Below, one piece after another: positions 31,142 through 40,393 of a DNA stretch of 57,403 nt. Source of the DNA: an uncultured virus (IMG/VR IMGVR_UViG_3300021089_000001) (Duplodnaviria; Heunggongvirae; Uroviricota; Caudoviricetes). Numbering within the stretch: position 1 is the stretch's first letter; each line of letters begins with the position of its first letter. A program made the position numbers and the translations under genes. The notes under the pieces were generated by a model. The model did no database searches, was not told where the DNA came from, and saw only the letters and a list, made by a program, of their open reading frames with translations. The stretch lies in IMG/VR virus record IMGVR_UViG_3300021089_000001; one strand, given 5' to 3'.

Positions 31142-31927
31142 ATGCAACTTATACGAAGATATTTATTAAATAATAGAATAGTGCTTACTGCGAATTTGGC
31201 AGGGCACATTACGAGGTATAGATCCGTGTATCAAAGAAATATAAACGTTTACAGAAATATAGACAATGTTCTTCAATTTGAAGTTAAAAATGCTGATGAA
31301 AAAGCTGTTAGTATCCTTAATACATACACACCTAAGTTTAAAATGTGGAATGAAGACGATACTTTAGTTGTAGAAAAGGATGGAACTATTATAGAAACAT
31401 CTACACCAAGCAAAGTAGGGCAATTTACTGTAACATTATCTGAAAACGATTTACTAAATCTTAAGCAACAATATATGAGTTATAGTGTTTATTTGTATAA
31501 TACAAGTACTACTAAAAACGTTTTAACTTATCCTAATTCACACTTCGGAAGCCAAGGAACAGTATTTCTAAGTACTAGTGAATTTCCAGGACCTAAAGTA
31601 TCACACGAAGTTAAAACATTTATTCAGGACGGAGATAACAATTTAATATATAATTCATCTGCCCTTACAGCCGATCCGGCAATAAACGGAAATTCAGCTC
31701 TTCATACAGTAGCATACTATTCTACAGATGCTGAAGGTACATTAACAGTTCAAGGTACTTTAGACAATCAAGTAACTACTGGTACAAATTGGACAGATAT
31801 AGAAGTAACCAATTTACTTGCTACAGACACTCTCAAATATGTAAATTTTAATGGCGTTTTTAGTCATTTAAGATTTAGACATCAAATAACTGCGGGCACA
31901 ATAGACAAAATATTAGTTCGAAATTAA
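31142..31927 (+). CDS. Hypothetical, probably virion protein
   Basis: Beta-rich Thr/Ser/Asn composition; AATAAATA at 31114-31121. Confidence 0.55.
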   Translation: MQLIRRYLLNNRIVLTANLAGHITRYRSVYQRNINVYRNIDNVLQFEVKNADEKAVSILNTYTPKFKMWNEDDTLVVEKDGTIIETSTPSKVGQFTVTLSENDLLNLKQQYMSYSVYLYNTSTTKNVLTYPNSHFGSQGTVFLSTSEFPGPKVSHEVKTFIQDGDNNLIYNSSALTADPAINGNSALHTVAYYSTDAEGTLTVQGTLDNQVTTGTNWTDIEVTNLLATDTLKYVNFNGVFSHLRFRHQITAGTIDKILVRN

Positions 31928-31956
31928 TTGACATTTCCATAAAATAGTTTTATAAT
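31928..31956 (+). promoter_or_regulatory. Consensus sigma70 promoter TTGACA-N17-TATAAT
   Basis: Perfect consensus 6 nt before the primase ATG; leaderless-like, no RBS. Confidence 0.88.
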
Positions 31957-31962
31957 GTATGC

Positions 31963-32946
31963 ATGAATATCGTATATGATGCATTATTAATTCACTTACC
32001 CCAAAAAAGAAAACAAACACCTAGCGGATGGCTATCTTTTAATGCACCTTGTTGTCAGCATATGGGAACATCTGCTGATACTAGACAACGAGGAGGCTTA
32101 ATTGGCAGTGTTGATGAGGGTGTGAGTTTCCATTGTTTCAATTGTGGTTTTAAAGCAAGTTGGAGGGTTGGTAGAAATTTATCATTTAAAATGAAAAGGT
32201 TCATGAGATGGCTTAATATGCCAGATGAACAAATCACTAAATTAGCATTAGCAGTTCTGCAAATCAAAACAGATACAGTAGGGTATCAAGCAATAACACA
32301 ATTACCAAAATTTAAAAATAAAGAGCTTCCTGAAGGTGCAAAACCTTTACATGAATGGGAAGAACAAGACAAATACTTTTATCAAGTTTTAGAATATGTA
32401 GACAAAAGAAGTCTAAAGTTAGATGATTATGAGTTTCATTGGGCTAAAGGTAGTGGTTATAGAGATAGATTAATTATTCCTTTCTATTATCAATCTCGTA
32501 TAGTAGGCTATACTGCTAGAAGAGTTACTGATTCAAATAAAGTAAAATATCTATCTGAACAACAACCAGGGTATGTTTTTAACATAGATGCCCAAGATGA
32601 TGATAGAAAATTTGTAATTGCAGTAGAAGGACCTATAGATGCTATTACTATAGATAGTGTAGCATTGTTAGGAAGTGAAGTTAAAGATCAACAAGGAATT
32701 TTATTAAACAGTTTAGGTAAGCACGTCATAGTAGTACCTGACAGAGATGATGCTGGACAAAAGTTAGTTCATGATGCTATAAATTTGGGATGGAGTGTAA
32801 GTATGCCTGATTGGGATCATGATATTAAAGACATTTCTGACGCAGTTGGTAAATACGGTCGACTACATACTTTGTATGCAATTATAAAAAACGCACAGGA
32901 ATCACAATTGAAAATTAAATTAAGGATGAAAAAATGGTTTATATAA
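31963..32946 (+). CDS. DNA primase (gp61-like)
   Basis: Zn finger PCC...HCFNCG, RLIIPF, GYTAR, TOPRIM VEGPIDA and PDRDDAG. Confidence 0.9.
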   Translation: MNIVYDALLIHLPQKRKQTPSGWLSFNAPCCQHMGTSADTRQRGGLIGSVDEGVSFHCFNCGFKASWRVGRNLSFKMKRFMRWLNMPDEQITKLALAVLQIKTDTVGYQAITQLPKFKNKELPEGAKPLHEWEEQDKYFYQVLEYVDKRSLKLDDYEFHWAKGSGYRDRLIIPFYYQSRIVGYTARRVTDSNKVKYLSEQQPGYVFNIDAQDDDRKFVIAVEGPIDAITIDSVALLGSEVKDQQGILLNSLGKHVIVVPDRDDAGQKLVHDAINLGWSVSMPDWDHDIKDISDAVGKYGRLHTLYAIIKNAQESQLKIKLRMKKWFI

Positions 32947-33056
32947 AAAAATTCTTTTCGTTCTTATTTTCTCCTATAACTAAATTTCTAGAACACAGAA
33001 AGTACAAGAAGAAAGTTAAAGAACTACAGAAAAGAGATCCATTTATATACAAATAA
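32934..33056 (+). CDS. 40-aa basic protein ending ELQKRDPFIYK
   Basis: Hand-translated; fills the primase-carbamoyltransferase gap exactly. Confidence 0.55.
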   Translation: MVYIKKFFSFLFSPITKFLEHRKYKKKVKELQKRDPFIYK

Positions 33057-33057
33057 A

Positions 33058-34080
33058 ATGATAATATGGGGAATAACAGGTAATAGTCACGATGCAAGTT
33101 TAGCCGTGATGAAGTGGGGACCTAACGGTTTAACAGATCATTATAAGCTAAAACTTCTTTGGGCCGGACTATCTAGAGATTTTAGCAATATCCCAGGTGA
33201 TCCAAGTTTAAATGAGAAAATGTTAGCCTATGTTAGATCAAATCCTAGATGGGCATTCCCGGCAAAAATTATTTGGTATGAAAAACCTTTTCTAAAAAGT
33301 TTACGACAATTATACGCAGGACAAGGATCTCTGTTTCAAGAAAATAATATTAAAAAATATCTAGCTAAAGCAGGTATACATAAAGTTCCAATCGAATATG
33401 CAAAACATCATCATAGCCATGCGGCATATGGATATTTTACAGCACCTTTCTTTGAAAGAAATGCCGCAATAGTTGTATTAGATAGCATAGGAGAATTTCA
33501 AACATTTACTATATGGCACGGTAAAAGAAATCATTTAAAACAAGTATACTCACAAAGATATCCGCATAGTGTTGGATTATTTTATAGTGCAATGACACAA
33601 CGATTAGGATTTAAACCAAACGCAGAAGAATATAAAACAGAAGAACTTGCTAAAAAAGGCAACTGGAGAGTTCATTACAGAAAGTTTATGGAAGAATTAG
33701 TTCGTTCTAGAATGCCTTTTAGATTAAGAGAAAACTTACATCGAGGAGCTAATTGGTGGAGACCTGAATTAAATTCAGAAGAAGATTTAGCCAACATAGC
33801 CGCAACTACTCAACATATTTTTGAATTGACTTTAGTTAGTATTAGTGGTTGGTGCCAAACAAATATTAAAGCTGATAATGTAGTTTTTGTAGGTGGTTGT
33901 GCATTAAACAAAACTGCTATTAGTAAATTACAACATATATGGGATGACATATGGATTCCACCAAATCCAGGCGATCCAGGTTCTTGTATTGGTTCTGTTT
34001 TAACAAAGTATCCAAAACACCTTGACTTTGATCCCGATGTATGGTACAATAAGGAAAATGGAAAAATCAAGACAAAATAA
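33058..34080 (+). CDS. Carbamoyltransferase (NodU/CmcH family), N-terminal Kae1-like domain only
   Basis: HDAS, HHHSHAA, VLDSIGE, SVGLFYS, GGCALN, PGDPGSCIG; ends at 340 aa. Confidence 0.85.
   Translation: MIIWGITGNSHDASLAVMKWGPNGLTDHYKLKLLWAGLSRDFSNIPGDPSLNEKMLAYVRSNPRWAFPAKIIWYEKPFLKSLRQLYAGQGSLFQENNIKKYLAKAGIHKVPIEYAKHHHSHAAYGYFTAPFFERNAAIVVLDSIGEFQTFTIWHGKRNHLKQVYSQRYPHSVGLFYSAMTQRLGFKPNAEEYKTEELAKKGNWRVHYRKFMEELVRSRMPFRLRENLHRGANWWRPELNSEEDLANIAATTQHIFELTLVSISGWCQTNIKADNVVFVGGCALNKTAISKLQHIWDDIWIPPNPGDPGSCIGSVLTKYPKHLDFDPDVWYNKENGKIKTK
34022..34050 (+). promoter_or_regulatory. Sigma70-type promoter TTGACT-N17-TACAAT
   Basis: Inside the 3' end of the carbamoyltransferase gene; helicase ATG at 34058. 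Confidence 0.7.
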
Positions 34081-35485
34081 AGAATACGGATACGATATTC
34101 AAAAAGTTTATCTAGAAATGATGCTAGGAAATGCAGAAGCATTTATTAGATGTCAATCTATATTTAATTACAATTTATTTGATAGAAAATTACAAGGTGC
34201 GGCAGATTATCTTGACAAATATGTTGCTGAACATAATGCATTACCAACAACAGATATGATTAATGCAAATTGTAAAACAGATTTAAAAGTACCTGAAGGT
34301 CTTCACGAATCCCATTATGATTGGTTACTAGGTGACTTTGAAACATTTGTTAGACATAAAAGTCTTGAAAGAGCTATATTAAAATCTGCAGATATGTTAG
34401 AAAAAGGTGACTATGGTCCAGTTGAAGACTTGGTTAAAAATGCAGTACAAATAGGACTACACAAAGATTTAGGTACAGACTATTTTAAAGATCCAAAAGA
34501 AAGATTAATGAAATTAAAAGATCAAGCAGGTCAAGTTAGCACAGGCTGGTCAACATTAGATAGAAAACTATTTGGTGGATTTAATAAAGGTGAACTTAAT
34601 ATATTTGCAGGAGGATCTGGTGCAGGTAAATCTTTATTCCTTACAAATTTAGGTTGTAACTGGACGTTAGCAGGATTGAATATTTTATATGTTAGCTTTG
34701 AATTAAGTGAAGAATTAATATCAATGAGAATAGATAGTATGCTTACTGACATTCCTACAAAGAAAATTTTTAAAGAATTAGATGGTGTTGAAATGAAAGT
34801 AAGAATACTTGGTAAGAAATCTGGTAAATTCCAAATTAAGTATATGCCAAGTGGCAAAAATGCAAATGATTTAAGATCATTTATTAAAGAATATGAAATT
34901 AAAACACAAAGTAAAGTTGATGTATTGTTAGTTGATTATCTTGATTTGATGATGCCAATATCTAAAAAAGTATCTCCAAGTGATTTATTTGTTAAAGATA
35001 AGTTTGTATCAGAAGAATTAAGAAATTTATCAATGGAATTAGGAATTATATTTGTAACTGCATCACAATTGAACAGAGGTTCAGTTGAAGAAATAGAATT
35101 TGATCACTCACATATAGCAGGCGGTATTAGTAAAATACAAACTGCTGATAATGTATTTGGTATATTCACTAGTAGAGCAATGAGAGAACGTGGAAGATAT
35201 CAAATACAATTAATGAAAACTAGATCATCAAGTGGTATAGGTAGTAAAATTGATTTAGAATTTGACATAGATTCATTAAGAATTAGAGATTTACTTGAAG
35301 ATGAAGACGCACAAAAATATGATAAACGAGTAAGTCAAGTATACAATACATTAAAGAAAACATCACCTGAACAACCACAAACAACAGCCGTTGACCCTAG
35401 CAAAGGTACTAGAATACCACAAGCTAAAACAGAAGGCGATTCTACTAAATTGCGAGAGTTTTTATCTAATCTAGACAAAGAGTAA
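34058..35485 (+). CDS. Replicative DnaB-like helicase (gp41-like)
   Basis: STGWSTLD, GGSGAGKS, SFELSE, VDYLDLM, TASQLNR, TADNV, MKTR. Confidence 0.93.
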   Translation: MEKSRQNKEYGYDIQKVYLEMMLGNAEAFIRCQSIFNYNLFDRKLQGAADYLDKYVAEHNALPTTDMINANCKTDLKVPEGLHESHYDWLLGDFETFVRHKSLERAILKSADMLEKGDYGPVEDLVKNAVQIGLHKDLGTDYFKDPKERLMKLKDQAGQVSTGWSTLDRKLFGGFNKGELNIFAGGSGAGKSLFLTNLGCNWTLAGLNILYVSFELSEELISMRIDSMLTDIPTKKIFKELDGVEMKVRILGKKSGKFQIKYMPSGKNANDLRSFIKEYEIKTQSKVDVLLVDYLDLMMPISKKVSPSDLFVKDKFVSEELRNLSMELGIIFVTASQLNRGSVEEIEFDHSHIAGGISKIQTADNVFGIFTSRAMRERGRYQIQLMKTRSSSGIGSKIDLEFDIDSLRIRDLLEDEDAQKYDKRVSQVYNTLKKTSPEQPQTTAVDPSKGTRIPQAKTEGDSTKLREFLSNLDKE

Positions 35486-35487
35486 TA

Positions 35488-35976
35488 ATGAAATTATATA
35501 AAAACAAAAGATCCAACATACATAGACATGGCTTGTCTGCCTCTACTAATATTAAAAAAGGTCAAAGAATTATCCAGTATAAAGGAAAGAAAATTAGTCA
35601 CACTAAAGCAGAAACAGATCCAAAGTATGATAACGATAAAGAGATTTACTTGTTTAATTTAAACGAACAGTACGATCTTGATGGTGATTTTAAATTTAAT
35701 ACTGCTCGATTAATAAATCATTCCTGCAATCCTAACTGTGAAGTTTTTGATTATAACAGACAATTATGGATTTTTGCTATAAAGAATATTAAAAAAGATG
35801 AAGAGTTAACTTATGATTATGGGTTTAGTTTTGATAAAACAGACTACAAACAATACCCTTGTAAGTGTGGATCATCTAATTGCGTAGGTTATATTGTTCG
35901 AGAGGGATCAAGGTGGCGAATAAGCCGCGAAGCGGTCATCCGCCAGAAAGTAAGCAGTCGCGAAGCGACGCGGTAG
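35488..35976 (+). CDS. SET-domain protein-lysine methyltransferase with post-SET motif
   Basis: HGLSA, ARLINHSCNPNC, ELTYDYG, CKCGSSNCVG. Confidence 0.92.
   Translation: MKLYKNKRSNIHRHGLSASTNIKKGQRIIQYKGKKISHTKAETDPKYDNDKEIYLFNLNEQYDLDGDFKFNTARLINHSCNPNCEVFDYNRQLWIFAIKNIKKDEELTYDYGFSFDKTDYKQYPCKCGSSNCVGYIVREGSRWRISREAVIRQKVSSREATR
35925..35969. repeat. Two tandem GCGAAGC mini-hairpins
   Basis: CCGC-GAA-GCGG (35925-35935) and GTCGC-GAA-GCGAC (35957-35969). Confidence 0.75.
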
Positions 35977-35993
35977 CATTCGGTAAACAGATT

Positions 35994-37058
35994 TTATATG
36001 ATTTTTCTTTTGACGCCTCTACGTTTAACGTCTAATGTACTACAATGTATTCCACCATCCCAATACAAATAATGGCGTTGCTCCACTACGTGGCAATCAA
36101 TGTGTAAGGATTTTAGTTTTTCAAATAGTTTAGGTATGTGTCTTGCAAACACAATATTGTTTCTATCTAATATTAATACGTTGAGATCAAAGCAAACTTC
36201 TTGATTATACCCTCTCCAATTCTCTAAATACTTGTCTAACCAAGCAACATCCATTTTATCTCGTGCTTTAGCATAGTCTTGAATATATCTATTCATATTT
36301 AATGGGGGCAAACAATCACTTACATCTAATAACTTTTTGTTATGCAAACACTTAGGCAACCAATCCATACCAGCATGAATAACTGTTTCATCATCTACCA
36401 TAATAAAGCCATGGTCAATATGTCCAAATTCTTTAACCCGTGTGCCTTCGTTAGTAATAAATCTATATTCAGGCAGTTCACGTTTACACCACTCTAATCC
36501 AGTTTGACTTCCAGGACCTCGTGTATTAATAATAAATGCATCGCCCGCCTTAAACATTGTAGCCATATGCCACAACACTCTATCAGATAATTTTTCTACA
36601 TACGTTTTATCATTCATAAACCATTCGTCTGTAGTGTTTAAATCTATAAGCATAGGGGCAGGTTGACTTACCCAACGGTGTCCTTCACGGAATAATTTTT
36701 CAAATATTTTATAATAGCTAATAGCATCAAAGTATCTGTCTGTATAACTTGTATAGGCTTGGACAATAGTATTACCCATAACCATATACTGATCTCTTGG
36801 TACGATTGGTGCAATTGGTACATCGACTTTAAACTGTGGCATTTTTATGGCATCATAGTTGTATACTGTAGGACGAGTTACTTCAATACCTCCTTTTGTT
36901 AGGAAGTCTGCTAACGCATCTAAATCCTGTTTAGTTTCTTCTAGGATATGATTAAATTGATTAATGTTGCCTTTAGTCAACAAATGATCCACGTCGCCAG
37001 GAGCATACGTGTCTCCTACGATTACAGATTCTAATGGATCATATTCTGTGTAGATCAT
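35994..37058 (-). CDS. Amidinotransferase (pentein superfamily, AGAT/StrB1-like)
   Basis: EYDPLESVIVG, PRD, GHID, LNVLIL, GGIHCSTLDVKR. Confidence 0.88.
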   Translation of the reverse strand: MIYTEYDPLESVIVGDTYAPGDVDHLLTKGNINQFNHILEETKQDLDALADFLTKGGIEVTRPTVYNYDAIKMPQFKVDVPIAPIVPRDQYMVMGNTIVQAYTSYTDRYFDAISYYKIFEKLFREGHRWVSQPAPMLIDLNTTDEWFMNDKTYVEKLSDRVLWHMATMFKAGDAFIINTRGPGSQTGLEWCKRELPEYRFITNEGTRVKEFGHIDHGFIMVDDETVIHAGMDWLPKCLHNKKLLDVSDCLPPLNMNRYIQDYAKARDKMDVAWLDKYLENWRGYNQEVCFDLNVLILDRNNIVFARHIPKLFEKLKSLHIDCHVVEQRHYLYWDGGIHCSTLDVKRRGVKRKII

Positions 37059-37591
37059 ATAACATATCCTTTGTTTATAAAAATTTGTATGCTGTGTCGC
37101 ACTACATCTTTACTTGTAATTTGTGTTATTGCGTGAGGAAAGTCTTGTGGATTTAATACTAATCTATTTGCTATAGGTTCTACAAACTCTCCTGTAGTAC
37201 TAGTCCAACGATTTTTCCACATAAAGAATCCGCCATCATTTGGATCCCATTCTGCGTTCATAAAAAACGTTATGCCACAATAGTCTACGGCATCTGTTTT
37301 CCAATCTGATAAACGATCACAATGAAAATTTGAATAATAAGGCGCTCTTGTTACATGATATCTTACGTCAAAGTCTGCTTTGTCCCAATCTATTTTACAG
37401 TACTCTTGTTCTTCTAGTTCATTCATAAACATAGTTTTTGCTATGCCTTCTACACGATATAACTTAACATTGTCTAATCCTTTATGATCGCTTTCGTCAT
37501 GAGGAATTTCCATAGGAGACTTTTCATTTTGTAATGCATCTACAAAGTTTTTATAAACTTCTTCGCTAAGAAAGTTATCTACTATTTTCAT
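37055..37591 (-). CDS. 2OG-Fe(II) oxygenase (prolyl-hydroxylase-like)
   Basis: FHCD, FFMNAEWDPNDGG, PIANRLV, HAIT, RHSIQ. Confidence 0.8.
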   Translation of the reverse strand: MKIVDNFLSEEVYKNFVDALQNEKSPMEIPHDESDHKGLDNVKLYRVEGIAKTMFMNELEEQEYCKIDWDKADFDVRYHVTRAPYYSNFHCDRLSDWKTDAVDYCGITFFMNAEWDPNDGGFFMWKNRWTSTTGEFVEPIANRLVLNPQDFPHAITQITSKDVVRHSIQIFINKGYVI

Positions 37592-38682
37592 TTTATTTGT
37601 TCCTTTAAAACATCAAAGTATTCATCTGTAGCACTAATAGGGATAATAAAAAACTGTCTATTATCTCCTCGTTTAACATCAAAGATTAATCCAAAGTGTC
37701 CTACAATGTCATATCCAGCTTCTTTAAAAATAAATGTTGCCCGTTCTTTCAATGTGTAATGTAATTCAAATGGCATTTCTTCGTGCAACAAGTCTATATA
37801 TTTTAGGGTACTGAGGATGCCTGCTTGGCTAAAATTGTATGTAAATCCATGTTCCCAATCAAAATTATCAGGCAACACTTCATCTATTCGTGGGCCATAC
37901 AAAGTAGCACTCAACGGAAAAAAGCCTGCTGATATGGCTTTGCCCATCGTGAATATATCGGGCTTGACAGGCAATTTATACCATCCGACAAAACTGCCTG
38001 TCTTGCCTCCCCCTATAAAGATGTCATCAAGTATTAACACAACTCCTTGTTTTTGAAGTTGAGTTAACTTGCTCCAAAATTGTTCAGAGTTGGGTTGCAA
38101 CGTCTGACTATAAGAACAAGTTTCTACAATGATACACATCACTTCGCTCCAATCGATGCTGGAGATATCGAAGTCCTTTTTTAATCTGATGACTTGGTCA
38201 TACGGTTTAAGCGTATAAAAAGGATCACCAAACAAACCGTCTCCCAGGTTGTAATTTAAAAATGTACTACCGTGGTAACTGTTTTCAAAGCACACAATCT
38301 TTGTGCGTTTGTTTTGTCCTACAATTTTTTGATATGCTGAAGCTAATTTAATTGCTCCTTCGTTAGCGTCACTGCCACTTAATGCAAATATACTTTTATA
38401 TCCACACATTTGAAACAGTTGATCCGCTAACATATAACTGGAATCATTCAAATATAAATTTTCGTTTCTTACAATACTTTCTGCTATTTCAGGTTTAGCT
38501 TTCATATTATTGTGTACGTAATCTAATATGTCTGGTCTATTAAACCCTAATAAAAAACAACCATAGTGTAGTAAAGGATCAATAATCTTTTTATTATCTT
38601 TAATATAGCCATACTGCCAATGCGGTTTGGCTACATTAGTCAGTTGTTGGGTACCCGGTATTAATCCTTTTAAATGTTTCAC
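37588..38682 (-). CDS. Class III PLP-dependent aminotransferase
   Basis: SGSDANEGAIKLA, SYHGST, LILDDIFIGGGKTG, PDIFTMGKAISAGFFPLSA, HGFTY. Confidence 0.9.
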   Translation of the reverse strand: MKHLKGLIPGTQQLTNVAKPHWQYGYIKDNKKIIDPLLHYGCFLLGFNRPDILDYVHNNMKAKPEIAESIVRNENLYLNDSSYMLADQLFQMCGYKSIFALSGSDANEGAIKLASAYQKIVGQNKRTKIVCFENSYHGSTFLNYNLGDGLFGDPFYTLKPYDQVIRLKKDFDISSIDWSEVMCIIVETCSYSQTLQPNSEQFWSKLTQLQKQGVVLILDDIFIGGGKTGSFVGWYKLPVKPDIFTMGKAISAGFFPLSATLYGPRIDEVLPDNFDWEHGFTYNFSQAGILSTLKYIDLLHEEMPFELHYTLKERATFIFKEAGYDIVGHFGLIFDVKRGDNRQFFIIPISATDEYFDVLKEQIK

Positions 38683-38683
38683 T

Positions 38684-39220
38684 CTATTCTATTCTTAACT
38701 CTATTTGATCATATGTTATATTATTATCGTTTTTAAATGCGTGTTTAGATTCCAATTTTATTATAATTGGTTGTTGAACAATTGCAGGGTGAGATAATAA
38801 TACTTTTTTAAAATCTCCTTTGTGAAATTCTTTATCTAACATAGATTCTTGATCATTAATTTGCAATTTAACATAATAATCTTCTACTAGATCTTCACTA
38901 CCTCCTACAAAGTTTTTTCTATCAAATGTTGTACTAATAACATTAGTAGCTGGATCTATTACAAATCCAATAATAACTTTTTCAGAACTACTAGTCCATT
39001 TTATATCATAATCTAATACCAATTTACTTGGCATTTCGTTTGACATTTCCACTTGTTTGCTGTCTGTTATTGGCAACATTTCTTCTGCATCATTTATATT
39101 TTTGAATACAACATTGTTATTAAATGAAATATTCAAATTGTTTTCATACCCGTGTTGAGCTTTGGAAAAATATCTTTTTCCATCTTCTTTAGGGCACGTA
39201 AGTATTAAAGTTTTATTCAT
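38684..39220 (-). CDS. Hypothetical protein
   Basis: 178-aa ORF coupled within the operon. Confidence 0.6.
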   Translation of the reverse strand: MNKTLILTCPKEDGKRYFSKAQHGYENNLNISFNNNVVFKNINDAEEMLPITDSKQVEMSNEMPSKLVLDYDIKWTSSSEKVIIGFVIDPATNVISTTFDRKNFVGGSEDLVEDYYVKLQINDQESMLDKEFHKGDFKKVLLSHPAIVQQPIIIKLESKHAFKNDNNITYDQIELRIE

Positions 39221-39839
39221 AAACTACCTCCTTAAAAAGTTCTAGTGCTTTATTAAAACTTAAATGTTCTCCTGTATCCTTATTTAATATTGTAAATGAT
39301 AAGGTCCATCTACTTTGACCAGCATTAGGATTATATGTATCGTGCAACTGACCTACGTTCATTAAGCTAGGTTTATCTATAACTGCTTCATGTACTAGCT
39401 CTAAATCTTCGTTATTAGCACTATAACATTTATAACAGTCTATATCAGGCACGACACCAGCTTCTTCTAATCCTTTATTAACTTCTGTCGTATCATGTAC
39501 AATTTCTTTCAACTTACTTTCGTCTTTGACTTTCCACCAACGGGTAACACTATTACTAGGTCCCCAAGTAAAATTAATTTTACAAGCATCATTTACGTCT
39601 GGTTTAATTGTCATATCATTATGAACTGGAATACTGCCGTTTGTTTTTGTAAAAAATCCTTCTACTACATTACTAACTTTTAAATTATATTTGCTTAACC
39701 AATCTACAAAATCTTGTTGTGCAACATCATTACCCATATACGTTATAAAATCATTTTCTAAATCTTTTTCAAACATTTTAGGTTTGTTTACTTGTTTAAT
39801 ATTTAAATATCTATGATACTTGTTCATTTTATTGTCCAT
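39213..39839 (-). CDS. Putative DSBH/cupin Fe-dependent oxygenase-like protein
   Basis: PVHND, KINF, NVGQLH, RWTLS (HxD...H...R). Confidence 0.5.
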   Translation of the reverse strand: MDNKMNKYHRYLNIKQVNKPKMFEKDLENDFITYMGNDVAQQDFVDWLSKYNLKVSNVVEGFFTKTNGSIPVHNDMTIKPDVNDACKINFTWGPSNSVTRWWKVKDESKLKEIVHDTTEVNKGLEEAGVVPDIDCYKCYSANNEDLELVHEAVIDKPSLMNVGQLHDTYNPNAGQSRWTLSFTILNKDTGEHLSFNKALELFKEVVYE

Positions 39840-40393
39840 CTAACACATTGTATAAATCTAGCAAATACATTTTCTTCAGCATAGCCATATTCTTCCATTT
39901 CAAATAGTAAAGGAGTATTACCTTTCCATTTAAAAGTATTTGTAACTTTATAAAGTTCTTCTGCTTTTATTTCTTGATTAACAATAAGTGCTTCACCATT
40001 TAATTTAAAATGAAACTTTTCACAACCTATTCCAAACTTATTGTTAAAATAATTAAATTCATTTGTAGGTGCATCTATTAAATTAGTAAAAATTATTTTC
40101 CATTCATCATCTGATACTTTAGAAAGTTCAATGGTTGCAGTTTGTTTTATAAACTTATCTTTCCAAATTTGTTTTCCTGCTATTTTTAATATGTTATGTT
40201 CTTTTATATTAATATTTGCTGTTCTAGTTATGGATCCTTTTTCCATTTGTTCTTTAGATAATTCTAATGTTGACCAACACTCTTCATCGTTCCAATATGT
40301 GTCCATAACATCTCGTAAGTCATTACTAGCAATTGAAGAATTAACTTCATCATCCGATCTTAATACAGGATAATAATCAAATTGTAATATCAT
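39824..40393 (-). CDS. Hypothetical protein
   Basis: 189-aa ORF coupled within the operon. Confidence 0.6.
   Translation of the reverse strand: MILQFDYYPVLRSDDEVNSSIASNDLRDVMDTYWNDEECWSTLELSKEQMEKGSITRTANINIKEHNILKIAGKQIWKDKFIKQTATIELSKVSDDEWKIIFTNLIDAPTNEFNYFNNKFGIGCEKFHFKLNGEALIVNQEIKAEELYKVTNTFKWKGNTPLLFEMEEYGYAEENVFARFIQCVRWTIK

Noticed and set aside
6306..35485. Inteins or introns in terminase, UvsX, UvsW, primase or helicase
   Set aside because: Lengths are ordinary; no C...HN splice motifs or homing endonuclease inserts seen. The ORF at 27056 is beta-rich but lacks recognisable splice residues
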